DNA of 41,964 nt from assembly GCA_964608675.1 (NCBI GenBank), contig CAZSOZ010000007.1, positions 1-41,964 on the forward strand. Reading direction: 5' to 3'. Positions 21,551-30,209 of this stretch are shown in pieces; the stretch's first letter is position 1; every line of letters starts with the position of its first letter. Source of the stretch: an uncultured archaeon (GTDB lineage Archaea > Iainarchaeota > Iainarchaeia > Iainarchaeales > 1-14-0-10-31-34). The notes under the pieces are model-generated. The model ran no database searches. It was not told the DNA's origin and saw only the letters and a list, made by a program, of their open reading frames with translations. Both the position numbers and the translations under genes were made by a program.

Positions 21551-23365
21551 TTACACCTTGTCTTTAATTAATAATTTTGGCATTATTCCCAAAGACTTTA
21601 ATTCATCTAACAATAATTTAAAACCATAACTCATTTCAACTGGATAAACTGCGCTTGAATTGCATATTGGACAATATCTTCTGTTTCTTATTTGATCGTT
21701 TATTGCAATTAAACCACATTTTTCGCAGACTAATTCAATTAATTTGTCTGAGTCTTCAATTAATTTTTCATGCAATAACATTGCTGCTCCGTGCCCTACT
21801 AATGTTTCTCCTTCCATTTCTCCAAATCTTAGTCCGCCTTCTTTTTCTTTTCCTTCTGTTGGCTGTCTTGTAAGAATTTGCACTGGCCCCCTGCTTCTTG
21901 ACTGCATTTTATGTGCAACCATGTGGAATAATCTTCTGTATGAAACAACTCCTGTAAAAATCTGGCCTTCAAGTTTTTTTCCTGTTAAGCCGTCATAAAA
22001 CGCTTCTTTTCCGTCTGCTCTGAATCCTGATTCTTCAAGCATTTTTCCTATTTCTTTCTGTGAAACTGAACTGAATGGAGTTCCGTCTATTTCTTCTCCT
22101 TTTAGTGAGGCTGCTTTTCCTCCAAGCATTTCAAGCAAATGCCCTATAGTCATTCTTGATGGAATTGAATGCGGGTTTAGAATTAAATCTGGTTTAATTC
22201 CTTCTTGAGTGAAGGGCATGTCTTCTTCTGGCACAATTGCTCCTATTACTCCTTTTTGTCCGTGTTTTGATGAAAATTTGTCTCCTACTTCAGGAACCAT
22301 ATTGCTTCTGATTTTAATTTTTACTAATTTGTTTCCTTCTCCGTCTTCTGCAATAAATACTTTATCTACATAGCCTGGTTTTCCTTTTCTTACTGTCATT
22401 GAACTTTCTCTTCTTTTTTCTTGTACTACCCCGAATTCTGATACTTCTTCCAGAAATCTTGGAGGAGAAGTTCTTCCGACTATTACATCTTTTTCTGAAA
22501 CAAATTCTTCTAATTCAACTAAGCCGTCTTCGCCTAATTTTTTATAGAATTCTTCTCCTAAATAACCTACAGTTTCTTCTTTTGGAATTTCAAATTTGTC
22601 AATTTGTCCGCCTGGATATCTTGTTTCAGCAGTTTCATAAGTTCTGAAGTAAGCGCTTCTTCCAAGCCCTCTGTCTACTGCTCCTTTATTAATTATGACA
22701 GCATCTAAAATATTGAATCCATAATAAGGCATTATTGCTACAACAAAATTTTGTACTTGAGGTCTTTTTTCTAACTGCATTAAATCGCTTGTTTTTGTTT
22801 TAACTATTGCTTTTTGAGGGTAATGCAGTAAATGCCCTTCTGTGTCAGTTCTTAAATTGTGGTTGCTTCCTGATATTCCTAAAGCTTGCTTGAACATTTT
22901 TGCTCCATGTAAAGCCTTTCCTGCCATATTGTTTTCTAGATAAGGAATCAGAGAACTCACAACTGAAAGAATTCCAACCGGATCAATTTCCATGTGGGTG
23001 TGCTTGTTTGTTATTTCTTCTTCTTCAGTTGCAATTAATGCGTTTTCTTCTTCTTCTGCATCAAGGTATTCTATTGCTCCTTCTTTAACTAAATCATTCC
23101 ATTGAATTTTTCCTTCTTTTATTTGCTTTAATTGTTCTTCTTTTAATTTGAGTTTTCCGTTTTCAATTACTAATAAAGGTCTTTGAACTCTTCCTGCATC
23201 AGTATTAATATAAACTTCTTTTGTGTCTTCGTGGAATGCAATATTCACTTGGTGTTCTATTTTTCCTTTTCTTCTGTGTCCAATTAATTCTTTGGTTAAC
23301 TGTTGCGGATCTTTGTGAAATCCAATCAGTCTTCCGTTAATATATACTTTTCCCTGTGAAACCAT
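21551..23365 (-). CDS. rpoB1: DNA-directed RNA polymerase subunit B' (Rpo2C)
   Basis: NTDAGR, GDKFSSKHGQKG, NPHSIPSRMT, GGLRFGEME, C-terminal Zn ribbon (CEKCG...CPIC). Confidence 0.98.
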   Translation of the reverse strand: MVSQGKVYINGRLIGFHKDPQQLTKELIGHRRKGKIEHQVNIAFHEDTKEVYINTDAGRVQRPLLVIENGKLKLKEEQLKQIKEGKIQWNDLVKEGAIEYLDAEEEENALIATEEEEITNKHTHMEIDPVGILSVVSSLIPYLENNMAGKALHGAKMFKQALGISGSNHNLRTDTEGHLLHYPQKAIVKTKTSDLMQLEKRPQVQNFVVAIMPYYGFNILDAVIINKGAVDRGLGRSAYFRTYETAETRYPGGQIDKFEIPKEETVGYLGEEFYKKLGEDGLVELEEFVSEKDVIVGRTSPPRFLEEVSEFGVVQEKRRESSMTVRKGKPGYVDKVFIAEDGEGNKLVKIKIRSNMVPEVGDKFSSKHGQKGVIGAIVPEEDMPFTQEGIKPDLILNPHSIPSRMTIGHLLEMLGGKAASLKGEEIDGTPFSSVSQKEIGKMLEESGFRADGKEAFYDGLTGKKLEGQIFTGVVSYRRLFHMVAHKMQSRSRGPVQILTRQPTEGKEKEGGLRFGEMEGETLVGHGAAMLLHEKLIEDSDKLIELVCEKCGLIAINDQIRNRRYCPICNSSAVYPVEMSYGFKLLLDELKSLGIMPKLLIKDKV

Positions 23366-23371
23366 TTTTTC

Positions 23372-24838
23372 TCACAACTTTTTCAGTTTAACTCCCATTT
23401 CGTCAAGTAATTTTTCAACAGGTTCTTCTGCTGAATCAACTGTAACCTCTGATAATAAACTTAAATTTTTTACTAGTCCGCACTGTGGCCCGTCAGGGGT
23501 TTCAATTGGATCCAGTCTTCCCCAATGAGTTCCGTGAACGTCTCTTGCTTCATATAATTCTCTGTTTTTGTCTAATGGACTCTTTACTTTTCTTAAGTCT
23601 GTTAATGGAGCCAGAAAATTTACTCTTTCCATGAATTTGCTTACTCCTGTTGCTCTTCCAATCCAGTTTCCTGTGCTCATCGCAAACCTGATTCTTTCGC
23701 TTATTGCTCCGGGTCTTACAACAGTTGAAATATTTAGTTTTCTTCTTCTGGTGACTGTTCTGTCAACCTGAAATTTTAAGTCTTTAATAAAATATTTGAA
23801 TGAATATCTAAACAAGTGCTCCATTAATTTTCCGCTTAATTCAAGTCTTTTATTTTTATAATGGTCTTTGTCGTCTTCTTTTCTTATTCCATAACTTAAT
23901 TCTATTGATTTTGTTGCCATCATTGTTAAATAGTATGCTTTTGCCAGCCGGTCTTCTGCTCTTTGTCCAATATGAGGAAGCAGAAATGCATCAATTACTT
24001 CTTTTGCTCTTCTTAACCTGTATTCAATTACTTGTCCTGGTGCAACATATTTTCCGATTTTGTCTAATGCGTCATTTTGTTTTTTTAAGTCATCTAATTC
24101 AAGGTTTAAAAGCACGTCATTAATTATTTCTTTTTCTTCAGGAAATGCTCCAATAATGTCTTTTTCATTTGTCAAACCTAAGGCTTTAAGCAGTACAAAT
24201 AATTTTAGTTTCCTTGGAGAAGAAGGAAAGGTAACTGAAAGCACTCCATCAATGTTTCTTGTAATTCTTACTCTTCCTTTAAATGCTCCTTTTGTTGAAA
24301 TAACTTCTGCTATTGATTTGTCTTCTGTTTTTGAAATTAAGACTCTGTCTGAAGCCAAAACTTCTTGTGTCATTAATGCTTTTTCCGAACCATTAATTAC
24401 AAAATAGGCTCCATAATCCATGGAGTCTTCTCCCATTTCAATTAATTCTTCTTCATTTAATCCTTCAAGCCAGCACCTGTTTGATTTAAGCATTATTGGC
24501 ATTTCCCCTATGTAAGCTCTTTTTTCGTCTTGTTCTACATCTCTTCTTAATAATTTCATTGTCAAAAAAACAGGGCCTGAATACGTTCTATTTCTTGTTC
24601 TTGCTTCCATTGGAAAAAAATTTGCTCTTGGGCTTCCGTCTGCTTCAATTATTCTTGGCTTTAATATTTCAATGTTTTCTAATTCAATTTTTACTTCTTC
24701 TATTTTTGGAATAATTTCTTTGTTTTCTTCAACAATTTCATCTAATTTTGTGTCAATAAATTGATTATATGAATCGATTTCTTGCTGGGCAATATTTTTG
24801 CTTAAAAAATAGTTTTTAATCAGAGGCCATCCTTTCAT
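23372..24838 (-). CDS. rpoB2: DNA-directed RNA polymerase subunit B'' (Rpo2N)
   Basis: IDSYNQF, PMEARTRNRTYSGP, YFVINGSEK, DDKDHYKNKRL, TGNW, ETPDGPQCGLVKNL motifs. Confidence 0.98.
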   Translation of the reverse strand: MKGWPLIKNYFLSKNIAQQEIDSYNQFIDTKLDEIVEENKEIIPKIEEVKIELENIEILKPRIIEADGSPRANFFPMEARTRNRTYSGPVFLTMKLLRRDVEQDEKRAYIGEMPIMLKSNRCWLEGLNEEELIEMGEDSMDYGAYFVINGSEKALMTQEVLASDRVLISKTEDKSIAEVISTKGAFKGRVRITRNIDGVLSVTFPSSPRKLKLFVLLKALGLTNEKDIIGAFPEEKEIINDVLLNLELDDLKKQNDALDKIGKYVAPGQVIEYRLRRAKEVIDAFLLPHIGQRAEDRLAKAYYLTMMATKSIELSYGIRKEDDKDHYKNKRLELSGKLMEHLFRYSFKYFIKDLKFQVDRTVTRRRKLNISTVVRPGAISERIRFAMSTGNWIGRATGVSKFMERVNFLAPLTDLRKVKSPLDKNRELYEARDVHGTHWGRLDPIETPDGPQCGLVKNLSLLSEVTVDSAEEPVEKLLDEMGVKLKKL

Positions 24839-25077
24839 CTGACCACCACTCTATAATAAATAGATTTTCCTGCTGTAGGAGTTTCTCTTATAATTCTGAT
24901 TAAATCCCCTTTCTTTGCTCCAAGTTCTTCTATTACAGGATCGCTTAATGAAATCAAAGGAAATCTTTCTTTTTTTCCGCCTGCTTTAACTATAATTTTT
25001 TCTGCTTCTTCTTCAGCTACAATTTCGTGTATTGGAACTAAAAAGTGATTCATTATAGAACGCAATTTTTTTACCAA
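24835..25077 (-). CDS. rpoH: DNA-directed RNA polymerase subunit H (Rpo5)
   Basis: HFLVPIHEI, PLISLSDPV, GDLIRIIRETPTAG..YYRVV. Start placed at TTG 25077 after GGAGTTGA (ATG 25053 is possible); the 165-aa ORF call is over-extended. Confidence 0.93.
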   Translation of the reverse strand: MVKKLRSIMNHFLVPIHEIVAEEEAEKIIVKAGGKKERFPLISLSDPVIEELGAKKGDLIRIIRETPTAGKSIYYRVVVR

Positions 25078-25289
25078 CAAATCAACTCCGGAGAGAAACT
25101 TTTTTTTTGACTGGAGGGACCTTGCCAGACAAATTATTTCAAACTTAAATCGCTGTAAACATAAATAAATAATTAATAACTTAGAAGTTAGCATCAGAAA
25201 ACATTTTAAACCATTATGTTTAATTTGAATTTTAAGTCTTTTTTTCTTTCCAATAATCTTTTTATTTTCTATTTTTCTTTTTTTATATA

Positions 25290-25937
25290 ATGGTTTCAGA
25301 AAAACATTTTCCTCTGCTTCTTTTGATTGCAAAAAAAGCAGGTTTGAATGATTCTCTTAAAGCTTCCACTTCTCAGCTTGCTTTTGAATTAAATATTTCT
25401 CAGCAGTCGGTTTCAAGAAAATTAAGTTTTCTTGCACAAAAAAAACTAATTGAAAGAAAAGTTTTTGCTGATGGAAACATAATTCATTTAACAGAAAAAG
25501 GAAAAAAACTTTTGTTTAAAAGAAAACAGGAATTAGATAAAATTTTTTCTTCAAAAAAAAAGAAGACAATCAAAGGAAAAGTTCTTTCAGGTTTAGGTGA
25601 AGGAAAATATTACGTGAATGTTTCAGGCTACCAAAAGCAATTCAAGGAAAAACTAGGAAAAAAAATTTTTCCCGGAACATTAAACCTTAAAGTGAATGAA
25701 TCTGAATTAAATGCTTTTCTTTCTTCAAAACAAAAAATTGCAGTTGAGGGCTTTTCAGACAGCAGGAGATCTTTTGGTCCTGCTTTATTGTTTAAAGCAA
25801 AATTAAATTCTGTTGAAGGCGCAGTAATTGTTCCTGAAAGAACAAACCATCCTTCGAATGTCATTGAATTTATTTCTCCTTTTTTTCTCAGAAATAAATT
25901 GAACCTCAAAGACAATTCTGTTGTTCAGTTGTCTTGA
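25290..25937 (+). CDS. ribK: CTP-dependent riboflavin kinase with N-terminal winged HTH (RbkR-like)
   Basis: LNISQQSVSRKL HTH; GKVLSGLGEGKYY, FPGTLNL, PERTNHP, EFISPFFLR motifs. Confidence 0.93.
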   Translation: MVSEKHFPLLLLIAKKAGLNDSLKASTSQLAFELNISQQSVSRKLSFLAQKKLIERKVFADGNIIHLTEKGKKLLFKRKQELDKIFSSKKKKTIKGKVLSGLGEGKYYVNVSGYQKQFKEKLGKKIFPGTLNLKVNESELNAFLSSKQKIAVEGFSDSRRSFGPALLFKAKLNSVEGAVIVPERTNHPSNVIEFISPFFLRNKLNLKDNSVVQLS

Positions 25938-26347
25938 TTTTTTTTTGGTTTTTTAAGAAAAGAAAACAATCCTTTTTTTTCTGTTTTTTTGTTTTCTGTT
26001 TTTTTTCCCATAAAACTTATTTTTCCCAGCTCTCGTTCAGTGTCTTCAACCAGCGTGTTTACTTTTTCTGTTAATCCATCTTTTTTTATTTTTTCTTCGT
26101 CTTTTGTAAGCAGTCTGATGGCTTTTTCTATTTCATTGTCTCTTTTTTGGCTGAATTTACTGCCTGCTGTTTCTTCTTTTTTATTTTCAATTAGTTCGTC
26201 ATTTTTTTCTTTCACTTGTTTTTCCGGTTCTTTTTTTTTTCTTTTTTTTTCTTCAGATTTTTTGCCGAGTAAATCCATGGCATTGTCTATTTCCTTTCCT
26301 CTTTCTTTTTCTTTTGTCTTGTCTTCTTTCATTTTTTTTTCCTTCAA
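25925..26347 (-). CDS. Hypothetical Lys/Glu-rich low-complexity protein
   Basis: ATGA overlap with the upstream gene; ends in the amphipathic-looking KKGLFSFLKK. Confidence 0.65.
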   Translation of the reverse strand: MKEKKMKEDKTKEKERGKEIDNAMDLLGKKSEEKKRKKKEPEKQVKEKNDELIENKKEETAGSKFSQKRDNEIEKAIRLLTKDEEKIKKDGLTEKVNTLVEDTERELGKISFMGKKTENKKTEKKGLFSFLKKPKKNQDN

Positions 26348-27270
26348 ATTTTAATGTATTCCTTTAATTCCATTTTTTTGTTGAAAATAATGTTGTATTT
26401 TCTTGTTTTAATTATTGCTTCTGCTTCATATCCTTTTTCATTTTTTTCTATTGAAAGAATTTCCACTTCATTTGTTCCCAGTCCATTCACTAAAACCTGT
26501 TTCATTCTTTCTTTTATTTCTTCAGGGGATTTCTTAAACCATTCTTCTGCTTTTCTGGATTTCCATGCAACAATTATTACTATCAGAAGAATGATTACAA
26601 TAAAGCTGACTGCAACCAAAACAAAAGGAAATTCAGAAGGTTTTTCTTTTTGAAAATCAATCTGAATAAAGTTTCCGTCCATTTCATTTATTTCATTAAA
26701 ATTTATGAAGCTGTTTTTTATTTCAAATCCTTTTGGTTTTACTTCAACTATTTCTCCTTCAACTTTTATTTGCAAATTTTCTTTGTTTATTTCTGATGCA
26801 ATGAATTCTTTTGTTTCTGGCCTCATTTTTAAAATAAAGTATTCTTCATTTAAGTCTCCTAAAATAAATCCTTCTTTTGGCATTAGTTCGCTGGCTCTTT
26901 CTACAGTCTGCCTTGAAACCCAAAAACTTACCTGCATTTTTTTCTGTTCTTTATCCAGATTGCATTCAAATGAATTTTTGATTTCTTCAAATAAATCGAT
27001 TTTTGTTTTGATTATTTTTCTTTTTTCTTCATCAGGAACATTAATGTTTGCTTCCAGCCCTGCAAGGTATGATTCGATATTTTTCTTTATCTGTGTTTTG
27101 CAGTCTTCTGTTGCTTCTGCTTTTTCTGTTAATTTTCCCTTGTAATTTATTTCCACTAAAACTTTTTCTTTTTGTATTTCTATTTTAGTGGTTTTTTCTG
27201 CGTCTTCAAAATAGTTCAGGCACCCGCTGAACAATACAAGCAGAACACCAATATAAATTATTTTTTTCAT
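26344..27270 (-). CDS. Hypothetical lipoprotein-signal protein with a C-terminal TM helix and short tail
   Basis: MKKIIYIGVLLVLFSG-C17 lipobox; TM helix FVLVAVSFIVIILLIVIIVAW followed by about 70 aa. Confidence 0.85.
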   Translation of the reverse strand: MKKIIYIGVLLVLFSGCLNYFEDAEKTTKIEIQKEKVLVEINYKGKLTEKAEATEDCKTQIKKNIESYLAGLEANINVPDEEKRKIIKTKIDLFEEIKNSFECNLDKEQKKMQVSFWVSRQTVERASELMPKEGFILGDLNEEYFILKMRPETKEFIASEINKENLQIKVEGEIVEVKPKGFEIKNSFINFNEINEMDGNFIQIDFQKEKPSEFPFVLVAVSFIVIILLIVIIVAWKSRKAEEWFKKSPEEIKERMKQVLVNGLGTNEVEILSIEKNEKGYEAEAIIKTRKYNIIFNKKMELKEYIKI

Positions 27271-27325
27271 TTACTAAAAAATAGTTTTATGAACTTAATA
27301 AACATGTCTTTTTTTGTGATTAAAC

Positions 27326-27496
27326 TTATACTTTCAGGAACATTCCCAGTGAAACACAGTAAAGAAATGCCAGAGTTATTCCTTCAGCTGAATAAAGATA
27401 ATCTCCAAAAATTCTTATGCCAAAAAGATTCAATGTAAATATAATTATAAAAAAAACAAAGAAAATTTTCATTCCGTTTCCTGTTCCTTTCAGCAT
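27326..27496 (-). CDS. Small two-TM membrane protein (56 aa, below the ORF-track cutoff)
   Basis: ATG lies 1 nt after the upstream TAA; MLKGTGNGMKIFFVFFIIIFTLNLFGIRIFGDYLYSAEGITLAFLYCVSLGMFLKV. Confidence 0.65.
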   Translation of the reverse strand: MLKGTGNGMKIFFVFFIIIFTLNLFGIRIFGDYLYSAEGITLAFLYCVSLGMFLKV

Positions 27497-27497
27497 A

Positions 27498-27860
27498 TTA
27501 AATCACAAAAAAATTATAGTAAAACAATGTTGCCAGAAAGTGTATTGCCATTATCGGTGCAACTCTTCCTTTAAGCGAAGGCACTGTTTCAGTAAAAGTA
27601 ATTAAAATTATTCTTCCTACATAAAGCAAAAAGAAAAATCCCCCTACAAGAAAAACAACGCCTATTTCCGGAAAAAAAGTAATATTAAGCCAGATATAAA
27701 ATGTAATTACAAAAAAGCTTTTCCAGCTCCATTGCATGTCGTGATTTACATATGTTGCCAGCACAAAAACAAACAGCCATAAAAGATTGTTCATAATTAA
27801 TTCTACAAACCACTGCACGTTGAATGAAAGTAAGTTTCCGATAAATTCAAATGGAAGCAT
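27498..27860 (-). CDS. Hypothetical polytopic membrane protein (about 120 aa)
   Basis: About four hydrophobic, Trp/Phe-rich segments; ATG start MLPFEF with GTGA upstream. Confidence 0.75.
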   Translation of the reverse strand: MLPFEFIGNLLSFNVQWFVELIMNNLLWLFVFVLATYVNHDMQWSWKSFFVITFYIWLNITFFPEIGVVFLVGGFFFLLYVGRIILITFTETVPSLKGRVAPIMAIHFLATLFYYNFFVI

Positions 27861-27960
27861 TTTTGTATTCACTTTTTTTTTGGCTGTTTCAGTAAAAATA
27901 AACCAACAAAACTCTTAAATACTCATTTTTTCACTGAAATAAGTTAAAAATAAATTTTTT

Positions 27961-28710
27961 TTAAACAAATGAAATGATTATGTAGAATATTCCCAGTGTT
28001 ATGCAAAAATAACTGAAATTAATTTTTTTTGCGAATTCTATCAAATACTTTATTGAAAAAAATCCGGCTATAAACGCAATAAAAACTGAAACCAGCAGGT
28101 TTATTTCAAATTTTATTCCTTCCATTAACCCAAAACCTATTTCTGCAATAAACACTGACGGAACCGAAAGAAGAAAACTTAATTTGAATGCTTTTTCTGG
28201 AGAAAATCCTTCAAACAACAACACACTTGTAGTTATTCCACTCCTGCTTATTCCCGGAAGCACTGAAAAACCCTGCCCTAGCCCCAAAAAAAATGCATTT
28301 TTTGTATTTTCTTCGATTTTTTTTTCTTTTTTCTTTTTCCATTGAAGCAAGCCGGTAACCAAAAGCATTAATCCAATTAATAAAGTCAAGTATATTGAAT
28401 TAACTGCAAATTCTTTCATCAACAAGTAAACAGGAACCGCAGTTATTGCAGTTGAAAGCACTGCAGTAACTAAAAACTGAAGCAGGCTCTTGTTTTTTAA
28501 TTCAATTATTTCTTTCAGTTCTTTTCTGAAATAAATTAATGCAGAAAGCATTGTTCCTGCATGCAATACTATTGAATAACTGAAAGCTTTTTCTGCAGGA
28601 ATTCCAAAAAATTTTATTCCTGCAATAATCACGTTTCCCTGTGAACTGATTGGAAGCCATTCAGTTATTCCCTGCATTAAACCCAAAAATACTGCCTGAA
28701 CTAAATCCAT
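27961..28710 (-). CDS. uppP: Undecaprenyl-diphosphate phosphatase (BacA/UppP family)
   Basis: QGITEWLPISSQG and PGISRSG signature motifs; SFLLSVP. Confidence 0.93.
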   Translation of the reverse strand: MDLVQAVFLGLMQGITEWLPISSQGNVIIAGIKFFGIPAEKAFSYSIVLHAGTMLSALIYFRKELKEIIELKNKSLLQFLVTAVLSTAITAVPVYLLMKEFAVNSIYLTLLIGLMLLVTGLLQWKKKKEKKIEENTKNAFFLGLGQGFSVLPGISRSGITTSVLLFEGFSPEKAFKLSFLLSVPSVFIAEIGFGLMEGIKFEINLLVSVFIAFIAGFFSIKYLIEFAKKINFSYFCITLGIFYIIISFV

Positions 28711-28719
28711 TTTTTATCA

Positions 28720-30081
28720 TTAATTAATTGTTTTTTTCTGCTTTAATTCTTTCGGTATCCACCATTCCAGTTTGTATACAGTTAATGCAAGAATTGTTCC
28801 AATGATTGAAGCAATCAATAAAGAAAACCAGATTCCTTTTAATCCATAAATGTCTTTCAAGAAAAACGCTAAAAACACAATCGTCAGCCAGTAATTTCCT
28901 GTCATTATCATTGCAAGAAAAGTTTTTCCTGCTCCCTGAAAACCTCCTGAAATTCCCAGCAAAAGCCCTCTGAATGGATAAGAAAAAGCAACAAGTGTAA
29001 GGTAAAGCACTCCGATTGAAATCACTTCTTCGTTGGAGGAAAACAATTCAAAGAACGGACGCGGAATCAAAATAAAAATTACTGCAACAAAAGCCATAAT
29101 AAAAACAGAAATCATTGCAGAATAATTGATTGTTTTTCTTGCTCTTTCCAGTTTTCCTGCCCCTATATTCTGTCCTACTACTGCAATAGTTGCATTAATT
29201 AATCCCAGCACAGGAAGAATTGCAAGTGAATCAAGCCTTGTTCCTACTCCATATGCAGCAAGTGCATTAACTCCAAACAAACCCACAAAACTCATTAAAA
29301 TAGTCAGTCCAAGAGAAATAGTCAACTGCCCTGCAGAAGCCGGCGCACCAATAAAAAAAATGTCTTTCATTATTTTCAGTCTGAATACAAAATCCTTTAA
29401 ATTAATTTTAATCAGTCCTTTTCTTCTTAAAATATAAGCGATATTTAGTCCTGCTCCAATTCCTCTTGCAATAACAGTTGCTAATGCTGCTCCAAAAATT
29501 CCTAATGCAGGAAAACCAAATAACCCAAAAATAAGCAATGCATCCAGAATAATATTCAATATAACACTTATTGCCATATGAATCATTGGAGTCTTTGAAT
29601 TTCCTTCTGCCTGAATTATTCCCTGAGAAATAAACCCCAAAAACAAAAAAATGAATCCAACAAAAATTGTATTGGAATAAACTAAAGTCAGTTCAAGTAT
29701 TTCCGGAGTCGCCCCCATAAAAACAAAAACATGTTCTCCAAAAAGTATTCCTAAAACAGCAATAATTATTCCTGACGCCAAAGAAAGAAGCAGGGAATGT
29801 TCTGCAATATTATCTGCTTTTCTTAAATTTTTTGCTCCGATTGCCTGTGCAACCAAAGTAGTTGAACCAATTCCCAGTCCTGACGCCAAAGCAATAAAAA
29901 TAAAGACAACAGGAAAAGTTATTGCCACTGCAGCCAAAGCATCTGCTCCAAGGCTTCCAATAAAAATAGTGTCAATTATGTTGAATGCAGTCTGCATAAA
30001 CATTCCGAACATTATCGGCAAAGCAAGAACAATAAGTGTTTTCAGAATATTTCCCTGTGTTAAATCCTTGTTTTGAACCAT
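28720..30081 (-). CDS. MATE family efflux transporter
   Basis: DLTQGNI, LALPIM, NIIDTIFIG, LVAQAIGA, NIILDALLI, GQNIGAG; about 12 TM helices. Confidence 0.95.
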   Translation of the reverse strand: MVQNKDLTQGNILKTLIVLALPIMFGMFMQTAFNIIDTIFIGSLGADALAAVAITFPVVFIFIALASGLGIGSTTLVAQAIGAKNLRKADNIAEHSLLLSLASGIIIAVLGILFGEHVFVFMGATPEILELTLVYSNTIFVGFIFLFLGFISQGIIQAEGNSKTPMIHMAISVILNIILDALLIFGLFGFPALGIFGAALATVIARGIGAGLNIAYILRRKGLIKINLKDFVFRLKIMKDIFFIGAPASAGQLTISLGLTILMSFVGLFGVNALAAYGVGTRLDSLAILPVLGLINATIAVVGQNIGAGKLERARKTINYSAMISVFIMAFVAVIFILIPRPFFELFSSNEEVISIGVLYLTLVAFSYPFRGLLLGISGGFQGAGKTFLAMIMTGNYWLTIVFLAFFLKDIYGLKGIWFSLLIASIIGTILALTVYKLEWWIPKELKQKKTIN

Positions 30082-30209
30082 AAAAAAATCCTGCAAAAAC
30101 CTAAAAAAAACAAAAGAAGTTATTAGGAATGCCTAATAGGTTTTTTTCTGCATTAAATTCAAGCAACAATTCTTTTTTATTTCTTTTCATCTTTTTCTTT
30201 AATGATTTT

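Noticed and set aside
21551-24838. Split rpoB as a novelty or frameshift
   Set aside because: The B''/B' split at this position is an established archaeal feature, and both genes have clean starts and stops.
25078-25332. Apparent 85-aa N-terminal extension of RpoH
   Set aside because: It overlaps the divergent ribK gene and promoter region; an SD-like site and TTG at 25077 give a normal-length RpoH.
30129-30209. Hydrophobic N-terminal extension or signal peptide on the oxidoreductase alpha subunit
   Set aside because: It is T-rich promoter DNA read in frame; family similarity begins at ATG 30210.
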